Shown here piece by piece: positions 32,443 through 45,972 of a stretch of DNA of 64,000 nt. The position numbers were made by a program, and so were the translations under genes. The stretch spans positions 160,001 to 224,000 of the forward strand of contig CAXWPL010000003.1 in NCBI GenBank assembly GCA_963666215.2, given 5' to 3'. The stretch's first letter is position 1. Each line of letters opens with the position of its first letter. This DNA is from Acidobacteriota bacterium. GTDB lineage: Bacteria; Acidobacteriota; UBA890; WLXD01. The notes beneath the pieces were generated by a model. It saw nothing but the letters and a program-made list of their open reading frames with translations, ran no database searches and was not told the origin of the DNA.

Positions 32443-35379
32443 CTAGGCGAGCGCGTCGCGTAGGAAGCGAGCGGTGTGAGACCCGGCAAGCTCCGAGATC
32501 TCCTCGGGGGTCCCCTCGCCTACGAGCAAGCCTCCCTCGTCACCTCCCTCGGGGCCGAGATCGACGATCCAGTCCGCAGCCTTGATCAGATCGAGATTGT
32601 GCTCGATGACAATCACCGAAGCCCCGGCGTCGACCAGGCGATTGAGGGCGAACAGCAGCTTGGCGATATCGTCGAAGTGCAGGCCGGTCGTGGGCTCGTC
32701 GAGCAGGTAAAGCACTCCCTTTTCGGAGCGCCGCGGCCCACTCAGCAGATGCGCCGCCAGCTTCACCCGCTGTGCCTCACCGCCCGAGAGGGTGCTCGAT
32801 GGCTGCCCGAGGTGCAGGTAGCCGAGGCCGACGTCCTCGAGCACCTTGAGTCGCTCAGCGGCCTTCGGGATTCCTGTCAGCAGCCTACGACCCTCGGCAA
32901 CGGTCAGTTGTAGAACATCTTGGATGCTCTTGCCGTGGAGCCGGATGTCGAGGATCTCGCGCCGATAGCGCGCCCCGCCGCAGGCTTCACACGGCAGGCG
33001 TACGTCGGGCAGAAACTGCATCTCCACGGTGACCTCGCCCGCCCCGTCGCAGGCGTCGCAACGTCCGCCAGCGACGTTGAACGAGAAATGACCGGCGGTG
33101 TAGCCGCGGGCGCGCGCCTCGCGCGTGGCGGCGAAGGCCTTCCTGATGGCGTCAAACGCCTTGACGTAGGTCACCGGGTTCGACCGTGGGCTGCGACCAA
33201 TCGGCGACTGGTCAACCAGGACAACCTCGCGAATCAGGCTGGCTCCCTTGATGTGGTCGTGCCGGCCGACGCGCCCCTTCCACTCGCCCAGTCGCTGACG
33301 TAGACCGGCGTAGAGCACATCATGAACGAGCGTGCTCTTGCCCGAACCGGAGACCCCGGTCACACAGCAGAGCACGCCCAGAGGCAGGCTGACGGTGAGT
33401 CCTTGGAGGTTGTGCTCCTGAGCGCCGGCGATCGTCAAATGTCCGCGCGCGGCTCGACGAAGCGCCGGAACGGGTACTCGTTTGCGGCCGTCGAGATAGG
33501 CGGCGGTGACCGAGCCACTTCCCTTCGCCGTCAGCTCACCGGGTGGGCCCGAGAACATCAGACGCCCGCCAAGCGTCCCGGCGCCGGGACCCAAGTCGAT
33601 CAGATGGTCGGCCGACTCGATCATGTGGCGGTCGTGCTCGACCACGATCACGCTGTTTCCCTGGTCACGTAGCCGCGACAGGATGCGGATCAACCGATCG
33701 GTATCACGCGGATGCAGGCCGATGCTCGGCTCGTCGAGCACATACATCGAGCCCACGAGCGACGTTCCCAAGCAGGTCGCCAGGCTGATGCGCTGCGCCT
33801 CGCCACCGGAAAGCGTGCCGGTGAGGCGATCCAGCGTCAGGTACTCGAGCCCGACGTCGGCCAGGTACCTCAGGCGTGAGCTGATCTCGATCAGCACCCG
33901 GTCGACGATCATCTCGAGGTGAACCGGCAGCTGGAGCTCGTCGAAAAACGCCCGCACTTGGGCGACGCTCATGCGGTCGACATCCGGCAACGCCAGCCCG
34001 CCGAGCTTCACTGCGCGCGCTTCCTCGCGCAGCCGACTACCGTCGCAGGCACGGCACTCCACGTAGCCCCGGTACCGAGCAAGCAACACTCGCAGATGCA
34101 GGCGGTGTTGCTTAGCGCGGATGGCGGCGAAGAACCCGTCGACCCCGCCAAACCGCTTGCCTCCTTGCAGGATCATGTCGCGTTGCGCCTGCGTCAGATC
34201 GAGCCAGGCGACGTCCATCGGGATGTGATTGTCAGCGCAGAAGTTTTTCTGCGCCGACCGCCAGCGTCCGCGGCTCTTCTTCGTCCACGGCTCGACTGCC
34301 CCTTCTTCCAGTGTCAGGTGTTTGTTGGGGATCACCTTGTCGAGGTCAATCTCGATGAGATTGCCAAAGCCCTTGCAGTCGGGGCAGGCACCGTAGGGAT
34401 TGTTGAACGAGAACAGCCGTGGCTCCGGCAGCAGGAAGTCGCGCTCGCACTGGGCGCAGCGGAAGCGACGGTCGTAGGCCAGTGTCGTCCCCTCCGGCGG
34501 CACGTTGTCGGGGTCGGCGTCCACAAGAACATGAACGCGAACAGCGCCCTCCCCGATCGAGAAGGCAGTCTCCAGCGAGTCGACGAGGCGCTCACGCGCC
34601 TCATCGCCTTCTCGCACTCGCAGTCGATCGACCATCACGTCGACGGCCGGGGAAAGACCTCGAAGCGAACTGGCCAGATCGGGAATTTGGCGCGGCTCTA
34701 TGTCGATGAGCTCGCCATCCCGAACCAATCGTCGAAAGCCTTGCTTGAGAAGCTCCTTGAGCTCTTCAACCCGCGCCTGGGCGGTCGTGGCCCAGCACCG
34801 TGGGGCGGCAACGAGAACTCGTCGCGCAGCCCAGTCGCGGAGCAGCTCGTCGGCGACCTCGCCTGGGGTGTCACTCCGCACCGGGCGATCGCACGACGGA
34901 CAGATTGTCGTTCCGGCACGCGCAAACAAGAGCCGCAGGTAGTCCTGCAGCTCGGTCGCCGTGCCTACGGTCGAGCGCGAGTTGCGCGGCGGTACCCGTT
35001 GTTGAATCGCGATTGCCGGTGCGATACCGGTTACCTCGTCGACCTCGGGCTTGTCCATGCGCTCCAGGAACTGTCGGGCGTACGCGGACAACGATTCAAC
35101 ATACCGGCGCTGCCCTTCGGCGTAGAGCGTGTCGAAGGCAAGACTCGACTTTCCCGAGCCCGAAACCCCGGTGACCACGACAAGTCTCGACGATGGAATA
35201 TCCACATCGAGATCGCGCAGGTTGTGCACCCGCGCGCCACGGACGCGAATCGGATCGGCGGCCGCCAGCGCCGCCCGACTCACCGAGGTGAGCACGCCAG
35301 CCGAGATCTCGCCCGCCGAGCGGCGGGCCGCGGAATCGTCGGAGTCATCAGAGCCCGCGGAGCCTGCGACAAGATCCAT
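32443..35379 (-). CDS. uvrA: Excinuclease ABC subunit A
   Basis: Two TGVSGSGKS and two LSGGEAQR motifs, [10 protein letters not shown] zinc finger; start uncertain. Confidence 0.95.
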   Translation of the reverse strand: MDLVAGSAGSDDSDDSAARRSAGEISAGVLTSVSRAALAAADPIRVRGARVHNLRDLDVDIPSSRLVVVTGVSGSGKSSLAFDTLYAEGQRRYVESLSAYARQFLERMDKPEVDEVTGIAPAIAIQQRVPPRNSRSTVGTATELQDYLRLLFARAGTTICPSCDRPVRSDTPGEVADELLRDWAARRVLVAAPRCWATTAQARVEELKELLKQGFRRLVRDGELIDIEPRQIPDLASSLRGLSPAVDVMVDRLRVREGDEARERLVDSLETAFSIGEGAVRVHVLVDADPDNVPPEGTTLAYDRRFRCAQCERDFLLPEPRLFSFNNPYGACPDCKGFGNLIEIDLDKVIPNKHLTLEEGAVEPWTKKSRGRWRSAQKNFCADNHIPMDVAWLDLTQAQRDMILQGGKRFGGVDGFFAAIRAKQHRLHLRVLLARYRGYVECRACDGSRLREEARAVKLGGLALPDVDRMSVAQVRAFFDELQLPVHLEMIVDRVLIEISSRLRYLADVGLEYLTLDRLTGTLSGGEAQRISLATCLGTSLVGSMYVLDEPSIGLHPRDTDRLIRILSRLRDQGNSVIVVEHDRHMIESADHLIDLGPGAGTLGGRLMFSGPPGELTAKGSGSVTAAYLDGRKRVPVPALRRAARGHLTIAGAQEHNLQGLTVSLPLGVLCCVTGVSGSGKSTLVHDVLYAGLRQRLGEWKGRVGRHDHIKGASLIREVVLVDQSPIGRSPRSNPVTYVKAFDAIRKAFAATREARARGYTAGHFSFNVAGGRCDACDGAGEVTVEMQFLPDVRLPCEACGGARYRREILDIRLHGKSIQDVLQLTVAEGRRLLTGIPKAAERLKVLEDVGLGYLHLGQPSSTLSGGEAQRVKLAAHLLSGPRRSEKGVLYLLDEPTTGLHFDDIAKLLFALNRLVDAGASVIVIEHNLDLIKAADWIVDLGPEGGDEGGLLVGEGTPEEISELAGSHTARFLRDALA

Positions 35380-35524
35380 CGGCGAACTCCGGGCAGCGAG
35401 TGTGAACAGCGAAACAGGTCGCCCCACGCTTCGGCGGCGAACCCGCGATGTTAGCAGCCCCTGCTCTCGTGCCGTGGCCGAACCGGCTACGATGTCGACT
35501 CCCCAGGAGCTTGACGGAGCTGTG

Positions 35525-36076
35525 ATGAATCGACGGATTCTTGTTGTCTGCTACGGCAATCTTTGCCGTAGTCCGATGGCCGAAGGCCTGCTGCGCGATC
35601 GACTCCCAGCACCCGACTGGGAAATCATCTCGGCGGGCACCCATGCGGTTGATGGTCGGCCACCCTCGCCGCTCGGCGTCGTGGTACTCGAACGCGAATG
35701 TGGCATCAACATCGGCGACCAGAGGTCGTCCTCGTTGCTCGTCGGTGAGATCGCGACCGCAGAACACATCTTGACCATGTCGGTACAGCAGGCACGCATT
35801 GTGGCGGCATTTGCAGCCTCTGCCGCCGACCGCATCCGACTGCTGGGCGCATTCGACGTGGCCTCGGAGCCGCAAACCGGAAGCGCCGATCCGGGTGGCA
35901 CGGTTGCAGCCATGCACGAGATCGTCGACCCGATGGGTGGCAGCGCCGAGGAGTACAGACTGTGCGTCAGGCGACTGGAACGGGCTGTTGACAACTTCGC
36001 CTCCTGGGTTCGGGCGGGCGCCGACCCGGGAGCGGGCCCGTTGCCCACGAGTAGCCTCCTGCCTAGGGCCCGCTAG
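35525..36076 (+). CDS. Low-molecular-weight protein tyrosine/arginine phosphatase
   Basis: [14 protein letters not shown]-loop, SAGT, DP motif. Confidence 0.9.
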   Translation: MNRRILVVCYGNLCRSPMAEGLLRDRLPAPDWEIISAGTHAVDGRPPSPLGVVVLERECGINIGDQRSSSLLVGEIATAEHILTMSVQQARIVAAFAASAADRIRLLGAFDVASEPQTGSADPGGTVAAMHEIVDPMGGSAEEYRLCVRRLERAVDNFASWVRAGADPGAGPLPTSSLLPRAR

Positions 36077-36198
36077 ATCGCCCGAGGAGTTCTGAGTTGT
36101 GGATCCACCGGACGCCACGACTGGCGCCGCCACCGCGCGGGCCAGCGCGATCTTGTAGCGGAATTCTCGGATCGCGCGCCCATCTAATCTGAGTATCG

Positions 36199-36942
36199 AT
36201 GAACGCTAACGACTCGCCGCGCAGCGACGAGCATTACTTCGAACGCATCGAACGGCAGTTCGGCGTGCGTCGAGGCGGTCCGTTGCTGCTGTCGCCACGC
36301 GATTGGCAGCTCGTCAGCCAGTGGCGCGAAATCGGCATTCCGCTCGACGTCGTGCTGCTCGGCATCAACCGTGCGTTCGACGCTGTCGAGGCGTTCTACA
36401 CACCTGGGCCGCCGCAGCAGCGGGTCAACTCGCTGAGCTACTGCCGTCAACAAATCGAGACCGCATGGGAGGCGCACCGGGAGCAGCAGGCCGCCGAGAC
36501 CCTACGCGATGCTCCGGAGACAGCAGTGACCCGGTCGGCGCACGAGCAGCATCTGCACGACGCCGCGGACGCCTGCCGCAGAGCGGCAATGCGCGCGGTG
36601 CTAACGGAACCGGGACGCCAGCTGTTGACCGACACTGCAAACGCACTCGTCAGCCTAGCCGCGCCGAGCGCACAGTGCGCCCAACCGTCGAGCTCCACGA
36701 CCTCCGGCCCACCCGGCGCCGACCCCGGGCAGGCCGCACAGTCGGAGCCCCAGGCAGCGCTCGCGACCAGGACATCGACCGTAACGACAACCGCGTCCAT
36801 CGAAGAGCTCGACAGGCGTGCCCGTGAGCTGCACACCCGCCTCCTCGACGGCCTCCGAGTCGAGCCCGAGCTCGACGGTCAATCTGCCGAAGAGATCTGG
36901 CGAGCTCTCCGTCTCCCACCACTCAGCCCCTGGTCGGTTTAG
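36199..36942 (+). CDS. Hypothetical protein with a DnaD-like N-terminal domain
   Basis: LSPRDWQLVSQW..IGIPLDVVL..I..A...SLSYCRQQIETAW resembles the DnaD/DnaB_2 helical domain; low-complexity linker follows. Confidence 0.7.
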   Translation: MNANDSPRSDEHYFERIERQFGVRRGGPLLLSPRDWQLVSQWREIGIPLDVVLLGINRAFDAVEAFYTPGPPQQRVNSLSYCRQQIETAWEAHREQQAAETLRDAPETAVTRSAHEQHLHDAADACRRAAMRAVLTEPGRQLLTDTANALVSLAAPSAQCAQPSSSTTSGPPGADPGQAAQSEPQAALATRTSTVTTTASIEELDRRARELHTRLLDGLRVEPELDGQSAEEIWRALRLPPLSPWSV

Positions 36943-36989
36943 CGGCGATCGAGCCCCGGCATCGAAATCCCGACGGCCTCGGGGTTCGG

Positions 36990-39251
36990 CACGGACGCGG
37001 GTCACCGACGATGCTCGAGCGCTCGCACTTATCGCGCTGTGGATCGCCGCGTGCTGGCACGTCTCGGCAGCAGCGCGACCGGCTGAGCTGACGACGCGTC
37101 TAGAAACCCTCCCCGCAGGCCTCGACGGCCCCTGGAAGGTCCGCGGGCGGCTCCTTACCGACGCGGTGGCGGCCAGCAGTGGCGCCACCTTCGACCTCGC
37201 GATCGGTGCAGTTCGCAACGATCACGAGTGGCGACGCTGGCAAGCGCAGGCGCGCGTGCAGCTGAGTGGGTCGTTACCCGAACCCGCGCCCTGGGGTCGT
37301 GGCGACGAGATCGAAACCTGGCTACGGTTGCGCCTCGATCGCCCTCCTGCCAATCCTGGCAGCTCCGCTCCGGATCGGCTCCGAGCTCAGTCGATCGATC
37401 TCCGAGGCCGACTCAAGAGCGCGCGGCAGGTGGTGGTTCTGGCAGACGCCGGGCCCTTCGAGCACACGCTACGGCGTTTACGCTCCGGGCTTCGCACAAC
37501 TGCCGAAGACCTGTTCGGCAGCCATTCCGGGTGGGTGCGCGCACTCCTGCTGGGTGAGCGCAGCGATCTTTGACAGCGGGTTGGTGGAGGCGCTCGCGCG
37601 AAGCGGGTTGATTCACCTGTTGGCTATCTCCGGACTGCACGTGGGCCTGCTGCTAGCACTGGCGCGCGGGTTGCTGTGCTTGACGGGAGCCTCGCCAGGC
37701 ACCTGCCGCGTGGCCGAGATCGCCCTGCTCATACTCTTGGTCGAGCTCGTCGCCGCGCGCCCGCCGGTGCTACGAGCGGCGACGATGGGCCTCATCCATG
37801 TCGGCTCGGCGAGCCTCGGTCGCCGTTCGCCTCTACTCGGCTCGCTGGCCGTCGCAGTGCTGCTGCTGACGCTGCCCGACCCGTACGTCGTGCGCGATCT
37901 CGGTTTTCAGCTCAGTCTGGCTGCCGTCACCGGCATCCTGCTCATCGTGCCTCGTCTCATGGCGACTCTCGGACCGACGACGCCACGATGGCTCGCGCTG
38001 CCAGCGGCGCTCGCCGTAACCACGCTGGCGGCTCAGCTGTCAGTCGCCCCGCTGCTGGCGGCCACCAGTCATCGGATCTCGGTCGCCGCACTGGTCCTCA
38101 ACTTGGCCGCGGTACCCACGATGACAGTGGCGATGTCGACCTGTGTCGCAGCCGTGCTGTTTCACGGCATGGGCCTCAGCTCGCTCGCCGGAGCGTTCGC
38201 GACGGCCACAACGACTCTTTTCGAGCTACTGGCGACGCTGGCAGGAACAGCCGAGAGTTGGAGTTGGAGCAGCGTTCCAATCGAACGAGTCACGGCACCG
38301 GTTGTCGGGCTGTATTACGTCGGACTGCTCGCCTCGCTGCTCGACGTTCGGGGTAGTGTGCGCCGGCTGGGATTGGCTGCGTGCGCGACGGCATTGGCGG
38401 TGATGATATGGCCGATTTCCACACAGGCGATGACGGGGACGACCCGGCTGTGGACGCTCGACGTCGGCCAGGGCGACGCCCTGGCCGTACAGCGCGGCCA
38501 CTCGGCAATCCTGATCGACGCGGGCGGCTACCCCGGCCTGCAGTACGACACGGGAGCGAACATCGTCGCGCCGGCCCTACGAGCCGTCGGGATTCGACGC
38601 CTTGAAGCGATCGCCACCAGCCACCCCCACCTCGATCATGCGGCGGGGCTGCCTGCGATCATGCGAGAGATGCCAACCGGTTGCTTGTGGCTCGGGCCGG
38701 CGCCTGGCCTGCCCTCGATCGTCGGTACCCTTCTATTCACTGCCGGCGAGCGGCGCATCCCGGCGCTGTGCCCCAGGCTGGGCGCGGACTTCGAAGCCAT
38801 CGGCTGCCGCTGGAGGCTCGTCGGCCCTCAGGACGAACAGGCATTCGCGACGGCCACCTCTAGCACCGCGCTCAACGATGCGTCGCTGGTATTCGAGCTC
38901 AATTGCGGCGGCCACACATTGATCCTTGCCGGCGACGCTGGTGTGAAAGCCGAAGCTCAGTGGGAGCTGCAAGCGTCGAGCGCTCGGCCGGGAGCCATCC
39001 TCAAGGTCGGGCATCACGGAAGCCGCAGCAGTACGGGAACCGCTGTGCTCGATCGCCTTTCGCCCGGGTACGCCATCGTCTCCGTCGGTGCACGCAACCC
39101 CTTCGGGCTCCCGAGCCCCGAAGTTCTGAAGCGCCTCCGCGATCGCGGCATCGCCGTCTATCGCACCGACCGCAACGGGGCGCTATCACTCACCTTCGGG
39201 GAGCGCATTCGGATCCAGGGCGAGCGTTGGAGCTCTGGCCGCGGCTCCTGA
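36990..39251 (+). pseudogene. comEC: ComEC/Rec2 DNA-uptake channel split by a +1 frameshift at 37568-37574; no clear start codon
   Basis: ALLLGERSDL* then, in +1 frame, DSGLVEALARSGLIHLLAISGLHVG; C-terminal MBL domain LDVGQGDA, SHPHLDH, KVGHHGS, RTDRNG. Confidence 0.85.
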
Positions 39252-39282
39252 TGGGCCGCTCGCTCACCGAGCGTCCGATGCG

Positions 39283-39876
39283 CTAGTCGGACGACCCGGC
39301 CCCCGCAGTGTCGAAACAGGCGCGACAGCGCGCCTCGTACACATCCGCCGCACCCACCACGACGCGCGCTGTGCTGTCGGTCAAGCGCTGCGAGAAGTTC
39401 GCGGGCTCACCGCAGACCATGCAGATCGCCAGCGTCTTGGTGATGTACTCGGCTACCGCGAGGAGTGTCGGCATGGGCTCGAACGGTCGGCCCAGATAGT
39501 CCTTGTCGAGCCCGGCCACGATCACACGACGTCCTTCGTCGGCCAGCCGCTGGCACACATCAACAAGGCCCGTGTCGAAGAAGTTGGCCTCGTCGATTCC
39601 GACGACCTGGGTATCGTCACGAACGAGGTCGTAGATCTGGGACGAGCTGTCGACCAACACGCTGGGCAGTTTCTGTTGGTTGTGGGACACGATGTGGTCG
39701 GTGTCGTAGCGGTTGTCGATCCGCGCGTTGAAGATCTGTACTTGCTGCTTGGCGATCTCGGCGCGTCGCAGCCTGCGAATGAGCTCTTCGCTCTTGCCCG
39801 AGAACATGCTGCCGCAGATCACCTCGATGCTTCCCCTACTGGAACGACTCGACCGCCGGGGCTCGAGTTGGGCCAT
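39283..39876 (-). CDS. tdk: Thymidine kinase
   Basis: [31 protein letters not shown]; GGAGG RBS 8 nt upstream. Confidence 0.96.
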   Translation of the reverse strand: MAQLEPRRSSRSSRGSIEVICGSMFSGKSEELIRRLRRAEIAKQQVQIFNARIDNRYDTDHIVSHNQQKLPSVLVDSSSQIYDLVRDDTQVVGIDEANFFDTGLVDVCQRLADEGRRVIVAGLDKDYLGRPFEPMPTLLAVAEYITKTLAICMVCGEPANFSQRLTDSTARVVVGAADVYEARCRACFDTAGAGSSD

Positions 39877-40066
39877 CCCCATGACCTCCGTCAACAATTG
39901 CTGGTGTTGGAATGCCCGATTCGGAACGCTACCGGGCCTCCGCTCCGCGCCAGCACAGAACGGCCTGAGCTGAGCCAGGCCCGACGCGAGTCGCGAACAG
40001 TACTATCCTGGCGGCTCGACGCGCTGACACACGGGTGAATCCACGAAGGGTCGCCTCACCGGATCC

Positions 40067-40831
40067 ATGGTCGCTGCTTCCGAAACCCTCGAAGAACGCA
40101 CGCCTCTCGAAATCGCGATCGACGCTGTCGACCGGGCGCGCCGCGGAATCGGGTGGATTCTCCTGGCGTTGGTCGTGGGAACGGCACTCTGCTGGACCTT
40201 CGCCGACCGTGTGTTCGCCTGGCTCGCCCTTCCCCTGACGGATGAGCTGACGAGCCGCGGCGAGGACGAGCGCCTCGTCTTCACCCACCTTACCGACACG
40301 TTCGTGCTGTACTTTACGGTGTCGATATCAGGTGGGTTCCTGGCAGCGCTGCCGGTGATTGTTGTGCGGCTGGTGCGCGAGTTGGCGCCGCGGTTGGGCG
40401 CCGCCCGCCTGCTGCTGGGACTCGCTGTCTCGATCGCCGCGATTGCCCTGTTCGTCCTCGGCGTGATGTTTGGGCACCTCGTCCTGCTGCCGTTCGCCGT
40501 GGCCTACCTGCTCGATGTCGGCGAGCAGTTTCAGCAGGCGATTACGGTGCGTGAGTACCTGCGCTTCGGGCTGCGTCTACTTCTGGCGCTGGGCGCGGCC
40601 GCTGAGTTGCCGCTGGTCGCCGCCTGTGCGGCGCGGATCGGCCTTGTCCGCGCGCGCACGTTGTGGCGTTGGTTCCCGTACTCCGTATTGGCGTCGTTCA
40701 TCTTGGGAGCGTGGCTCACGCCGCCGGACGGACTCAGCCAGTTGCTCGTGGCAGTGCCGCTGATCGTGCTCTACCTGATTGGGGTCCTGGTGGCGGCGAT
40801 CGCGCAGCCGCGCCGATCGGACACTTCGTAG
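40067..40831 (+). CDS. tatC: Twin-arginine translocase subunit TatC (divergent)
   Basis: Six TM segments, ELP, LTPPDGLSQLLVAVPLIVLY. Confidence 0.85.
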   Translation: MVAASETLEERTPLEIAIDAVDRARRGIGWILLALVVGTALCWTFADRVFAWLALPLTDELTSRGEDERLVFTHLTDTFVLYFTVSISGGFLAALPVIVVRLVRELAPRLGAARLLLGLAVSIAAIALFVLGVMFGHLVLLPFAVAYLLDVGEQFQQAITVREYLRFGLRLLLALGAAAELPLVAACAARIGLVRARTLWRWFPYSVLASFILGAWLTPPDGLSQLLVAVPLIVLYLIGVLVAAIAQPRRSDTS

Positions 40832-40935
40832 TCCGAGAGTGCCCCCGCAGCGTTGCGCGTTTCGTCCAAGAAGCGCGATGGAGATCGTCCAGGCAGCCGC
40901 TGGCGGGTGCAAAGTCGCGAATGGCCCGGCTTCTT

Positions 40936-41802
40936 CTAGTCTTTCGCCGTCTCCCAGGCGCGCTCGAGCTGTTCCCGATCGCGTCCAGACTCCCCGCTCT
41001 CCACCGCAGCCTCCACGGCGCGAAACCGGCGCTCGAAGCGAGCGTTGGCGCGCCGCAGCGCTGCCTCGGCCGGCAGGCCCAGGTGACGTGCCAGGCTGCT
41101 GACCGTGAGCAGCAAGTCGCCGAGCTCCTGCTCCACTCGATCTCTCAACTCGGCCGACTCCGCCGACTCGGAGCAGTCTCGCTCGTCGAGCATCGCGCTC
41201 TCGAGCTCCGCGGTCTCTTCGCGCACCTTCTCGAGCACCTCGAGCGGGTCCGACCGATCGAAGCCAATGCGCGATGCCCGCGCGCCAAGCTTGTCGGCCC
41301 GCATGAGCCCCGGCATACCCACGCCAACACCGTCGAGCACCGAAGGAGTTTTCGAGGACGAGGCCTCGGATGTCTCGGCCGGCGCCCGCTCGGCCCGCTT
41401 GATTGCCTCCCATTTGTCGAGGACGGCCGCGGAGTCGAGCACGCCCGATGACGCGTCTTCCCCGAATACGTGTGGGTGACGGCGCACGAGCTTGTCGACG
41501 ATGGCATCGGCAACGTCGTTGATCTCGAATGCTCCCTCCTCGGCGCTCACCTGTGCCAAGAAGACCACCTGCAACAGCAAATCGCCGAGCTCATCACACA
41601 ACGCTGCGCTATCGCGCGCGTCGATCGCGTCGACGACTTCGTAGGCCTCCTCGAGGACATACCGACGCAACGAGAGCGTGTTCTGCTCGCGATCCCACGG
41701 GCAGCCGTTGGGGCCACGGAGCCTGCGCATCAGCCGCACGAGTCGAACGAACGCATCGCCCTCCGACCTAATTTCGGAGGATTCGGTAGACTCAGAGGAC
41801 AC
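40936..41802 (-). CDS. mazG: Nucleoside triphosphate pyrophosphohydrolase MazG
   Basis: LRGPNGCPWDREQ, EEAYEV, ELGDLLLQ, RRHPHVF; tandem domains. Confidence 0.95.
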   Translation of the reverse strand: MSSESTESSEIRSEGDAFVRLVRLMRRLRGPNGCPWDREQNTLSLRRYVLEEAYEVVDAIDARDSAALCDELGDLLLQVVFLAQVSAEEGAFEINDVADAIVDKLVRRHPHVFGEDASSGVLDSAAVLDKWEAIKRAERAPAETSEASSSKTPSVLDGVGVGMPGLMRADKLGARASRIGFDRSDPLEVLEKVREETAELESAMLDERDCSESAESAELRDRVEQELGDLLLTVSSLARHLGLPAEAALRRANARFERRFRAVEAAVESGESGRDREQLERAWETAKD

Positions 41803-41917
41803 GACTGCACCCGGATCGTCCCGATTCGCTCATGGGTCGGCAGTCTACCTGCCGGCGGTGCGGGTAGAATGCTCCGCGACCTTTCGAGAACGTCCCTCTC
41901 ACTGGACGAGCCACACC

Positions 41918-42610
41918 ATGAGCAACAACGATCGCTCCGACGAAGGCGCCGATTCGCCTCCCGTGATCAAGGTCACTGACCGCCGCCTGTTCGATAGGTC
42001 GGGCAACCTGCGCACCGACGAGGAGACCCCTGAGTCGTCGAAGTCGCCGGAGTCGAGCGCGCCTCGGCCATCTGCCAGCGAAGTGCGTCCCGGTGCGGAC
42101 GCGGACGCGGACGTGGAGGCGGATCGCGAGCCGAGTGCGCCGGACCACTCTTCGGACCACTCTGAGGACACTCTGGTGTACGAGGCTCTCCCGGATGGTT
42201 CTTCCCCTCCAGCGCCTCCGAAGCACGACGAAGCCGCGCTTCCCGACCCCGAGTCCGATGATTCGCAATCGGTCCCGGACGACCGGGATCACTCAGGTGC
42301 CCCGATCAGTCCGGCCGACGAAGCGCCACCATCGGGGGCGCCGTCGCCGAGCACCTTGCCGCGCGACCTGGCAGGTTTCGTTGAGAGCCAGTACTTCGAA
42401 GCGCTCCTCTACCTCGGTGCCATCGAGCACCCAAGCGGCGGCGGGCCGATGGAGGACATCCAGATGGCGCAGTACAAGATCGACATCCTCGAGATGCTGC
42501 ACAAGAAAACCGAGGGCAACCGCGAGCCTGAGGAATCAAAGCTCTTCGAAGACGCGCTGTACCAACTCCGGATGCTCTTCCTGGAAAAGAGCAAGGTGGC
42601 GCGCCTCTAG
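41918..42610 (+). CDS. DUF1844-domain protein with acidic disordered N-terminus
   Basis: IKVTDRRLF; ALLYLG...AQYKIDILEMLHKKTEGN...LYQLRMLF. Confidence 0.8.
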   Translation: MSNNDRSDEGADSPPVIKVTDRRLFDRSGNLRTDEETPESSKSPESSAPRPSASEVRPGADADADVEADREPSAPDHSSDHSEDTLVYEALPDGSSPPAPPKHDEAALPDPESDDSQSVPDDRDHSGAPISPADEAPPSGAPSPSTLPRDLAGFVESQYFEALLYLGAIEHPSGGGPMEDIQMAQYKIDILEMLHKKTEGNREPEESKLFEDALYQLRMLFLEKSKVARL

Positions 42611-42749
42611 GACCACAGCCCCGCGAAGCCTCGGACGCGTCCTCGGCTGCCGCCCCGTCATCGACAGCCGCGCTCCTGGCACCCAAGCAGCGGGCTGCGG
42701 CCGGGTATCCCGGGCCTGAACGGTTCCGCTTTGGTGCGGATCAATTGGA

Positions 42750-42770
42750 CTTGAGTTGATCCGACTCATA
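42750..42770 (+). promoter_or_regulatory. HAIR (HspR-associated inverted repeat) upstream of dnaK
   Basis: CTTGAGT-tgatccg-ACTCATA versus consensus CTTGAGT-N7-ACTCAAG; hspR is in the downstream operon. Confidence 0.8.
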
Positions 42771-42877
42771 TTTTATCATTGTCAATAACTCATAGACATC
42801 AAATCCACTCCTCTCCCGGCCCATCAAGTGAATCTGCGGGCTAGGCGCCAGAGTGGAACTCCAGGAGTCAGCACCCC

Positions 42878-44785
<1,908 letters not shown>

Positions 44786-44798
44786 GTGAGGTAACTCG

Positions 44799-45908
44799 AT
44801 GCTGGCGCACGACCACTACGCGGCGCTCGGTGTGGCTCCCGGCGCCAACGCCGACGAGATCGACACCGCGTATCGGCACCTGTGCCGCCGTTACCACCCC
44901 GATGTGAACCCCGGCGACGCGCAGGCTGCCGCAGTCTTTGACCGCGTGCAGCGCGCGTACCGGGTGCTCAACGATCCGGCCGAGCGAGCCGCCTACGACC
45001 ATCGCGGCGCGGCCGGCAAGGACGTATCGGGCGGTGGGCTATCGGAGGCACCGGGGCTGAGTGTGCGGCTGCTGGCCGACCACACGGCAGGCGGGTCGTA
45101 TGCCGAACTCTTCCGCTGGCTCCAGCAGCAGGCTCGGCGCGCCCGCCCGGCAGAAGGAGAGGAACTGCACGTAGACGTGATCGTTCCGCTCGAAGCCGCC
45201 GAAACCGGCAAGCGCGTAGCGATCGCGACACATCGCCGCTTGCCGTGCCAAGGTTGCCACGGTCGCGGGCGAGTGCGAATGCAACACAAGCAGGTGTGCG
45301 GCAACTGCGAAGGCACCGGCGAGGAAAACTTTGCTAAAGGCGCGCTATCTGTAACGGCTAGCTGCTCGCTGTGTGGCGGCCACGGCGTGGAATCAGGTCT
45401 CGCATGTGATCACTGCGGTGGCCGCGGCACCCGGAGCGAGCCTCAAACGGTGCTGGTCCGTGTTCCGGCGGGCGTGATCGACGGTCAGCTCCTCCGCGTC
45501 CCGGGTGGCGGTCATTTTGGCGAGCGCGGCGGCAAGGCCGGCGACCTCGTGGCCCGCTGCACCGTGAGCACGATGCCCGGGTTCGAGCGCGATGCCGCAA
45601 GCCGCGGCTTTCTCAGGACGGTCAGCACCACAACGCAGATCGGCCTGGAAACCGCGCTGCTGGGCGGGCGGGTCGCCGTGCGCTCGATCGATGGCGACAC
45701 CATCTCCCTCCGAATACCACCCGGCACGCAGAACGGACAGGTGTTCCGCCTCCGAGGCCGTGGCCTCGAACTGCTGGATGGGCATCGAGGCGATATGCTC
45801 GTCCGCGTCGACCTCCGGCTGCCACGCATCGTCGACGAGGAGTCCAAGGATCTGATCCGCCAATTCGCACGCCGCAACCCGAGCACCTCCGAGACCGCCG
45901 CACGATGA
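44799..45908 (+). CDS. DnaJ-family co-chaperone (second, divergent copy)
   Basis: J domain with HPD; four CxxCxGxG repeats; DnaJ C-terminal domain. Confidence 0.9.
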   Translation: MLAHDHYAALGVAPGANADEIDTAYRHLCRRYHPDVNPGDAQAAAVFDRVQRAYRVLNDPAERAAYDHRGAAGKDVSGGGLSEAPGLSVRLLADHTAGGSYAELFRWLQQQARRARPAEGEELHVDVIVPLEAAETGKRVAIATHRRLPCQGCHGRGRVRMQHKQVCGNCEGTGEENFAKGALSVTASCSLCGGHGVESGLACDHCGGRGTRSEPQTVLVRVPAGVIDGQLLRVPGGGHFGERGGKAGDLVARCTVSTMPGFERDAASRGFLRTVSTTTQIGLETALLGGRVAVRSIDGDTISLRIPPGTQNGQVFRLRGRGLELLDGHRGDMLVRVDLRLPRIVDEESKDLIRQFARRNPSTSETAAR

Positions 45909-45972
45909 GCCAACGTCATGCCCGCCCCGCACGCTGCCCTGTCGAAGCCTCACGGCGAGCGAGCTGGCTGCG

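Noticed and set aside
35380-35520. LexA box upstream of uvrA
   Set aside because: GAAC half-sites are present but not at a recognised spacing
42095-42176. Short tandem repeats (GCGGAC)x3 and GGACCACTCT x2-3
   Set aside because: In-frame coding repeats in a disordered linker; not CRISPR-like
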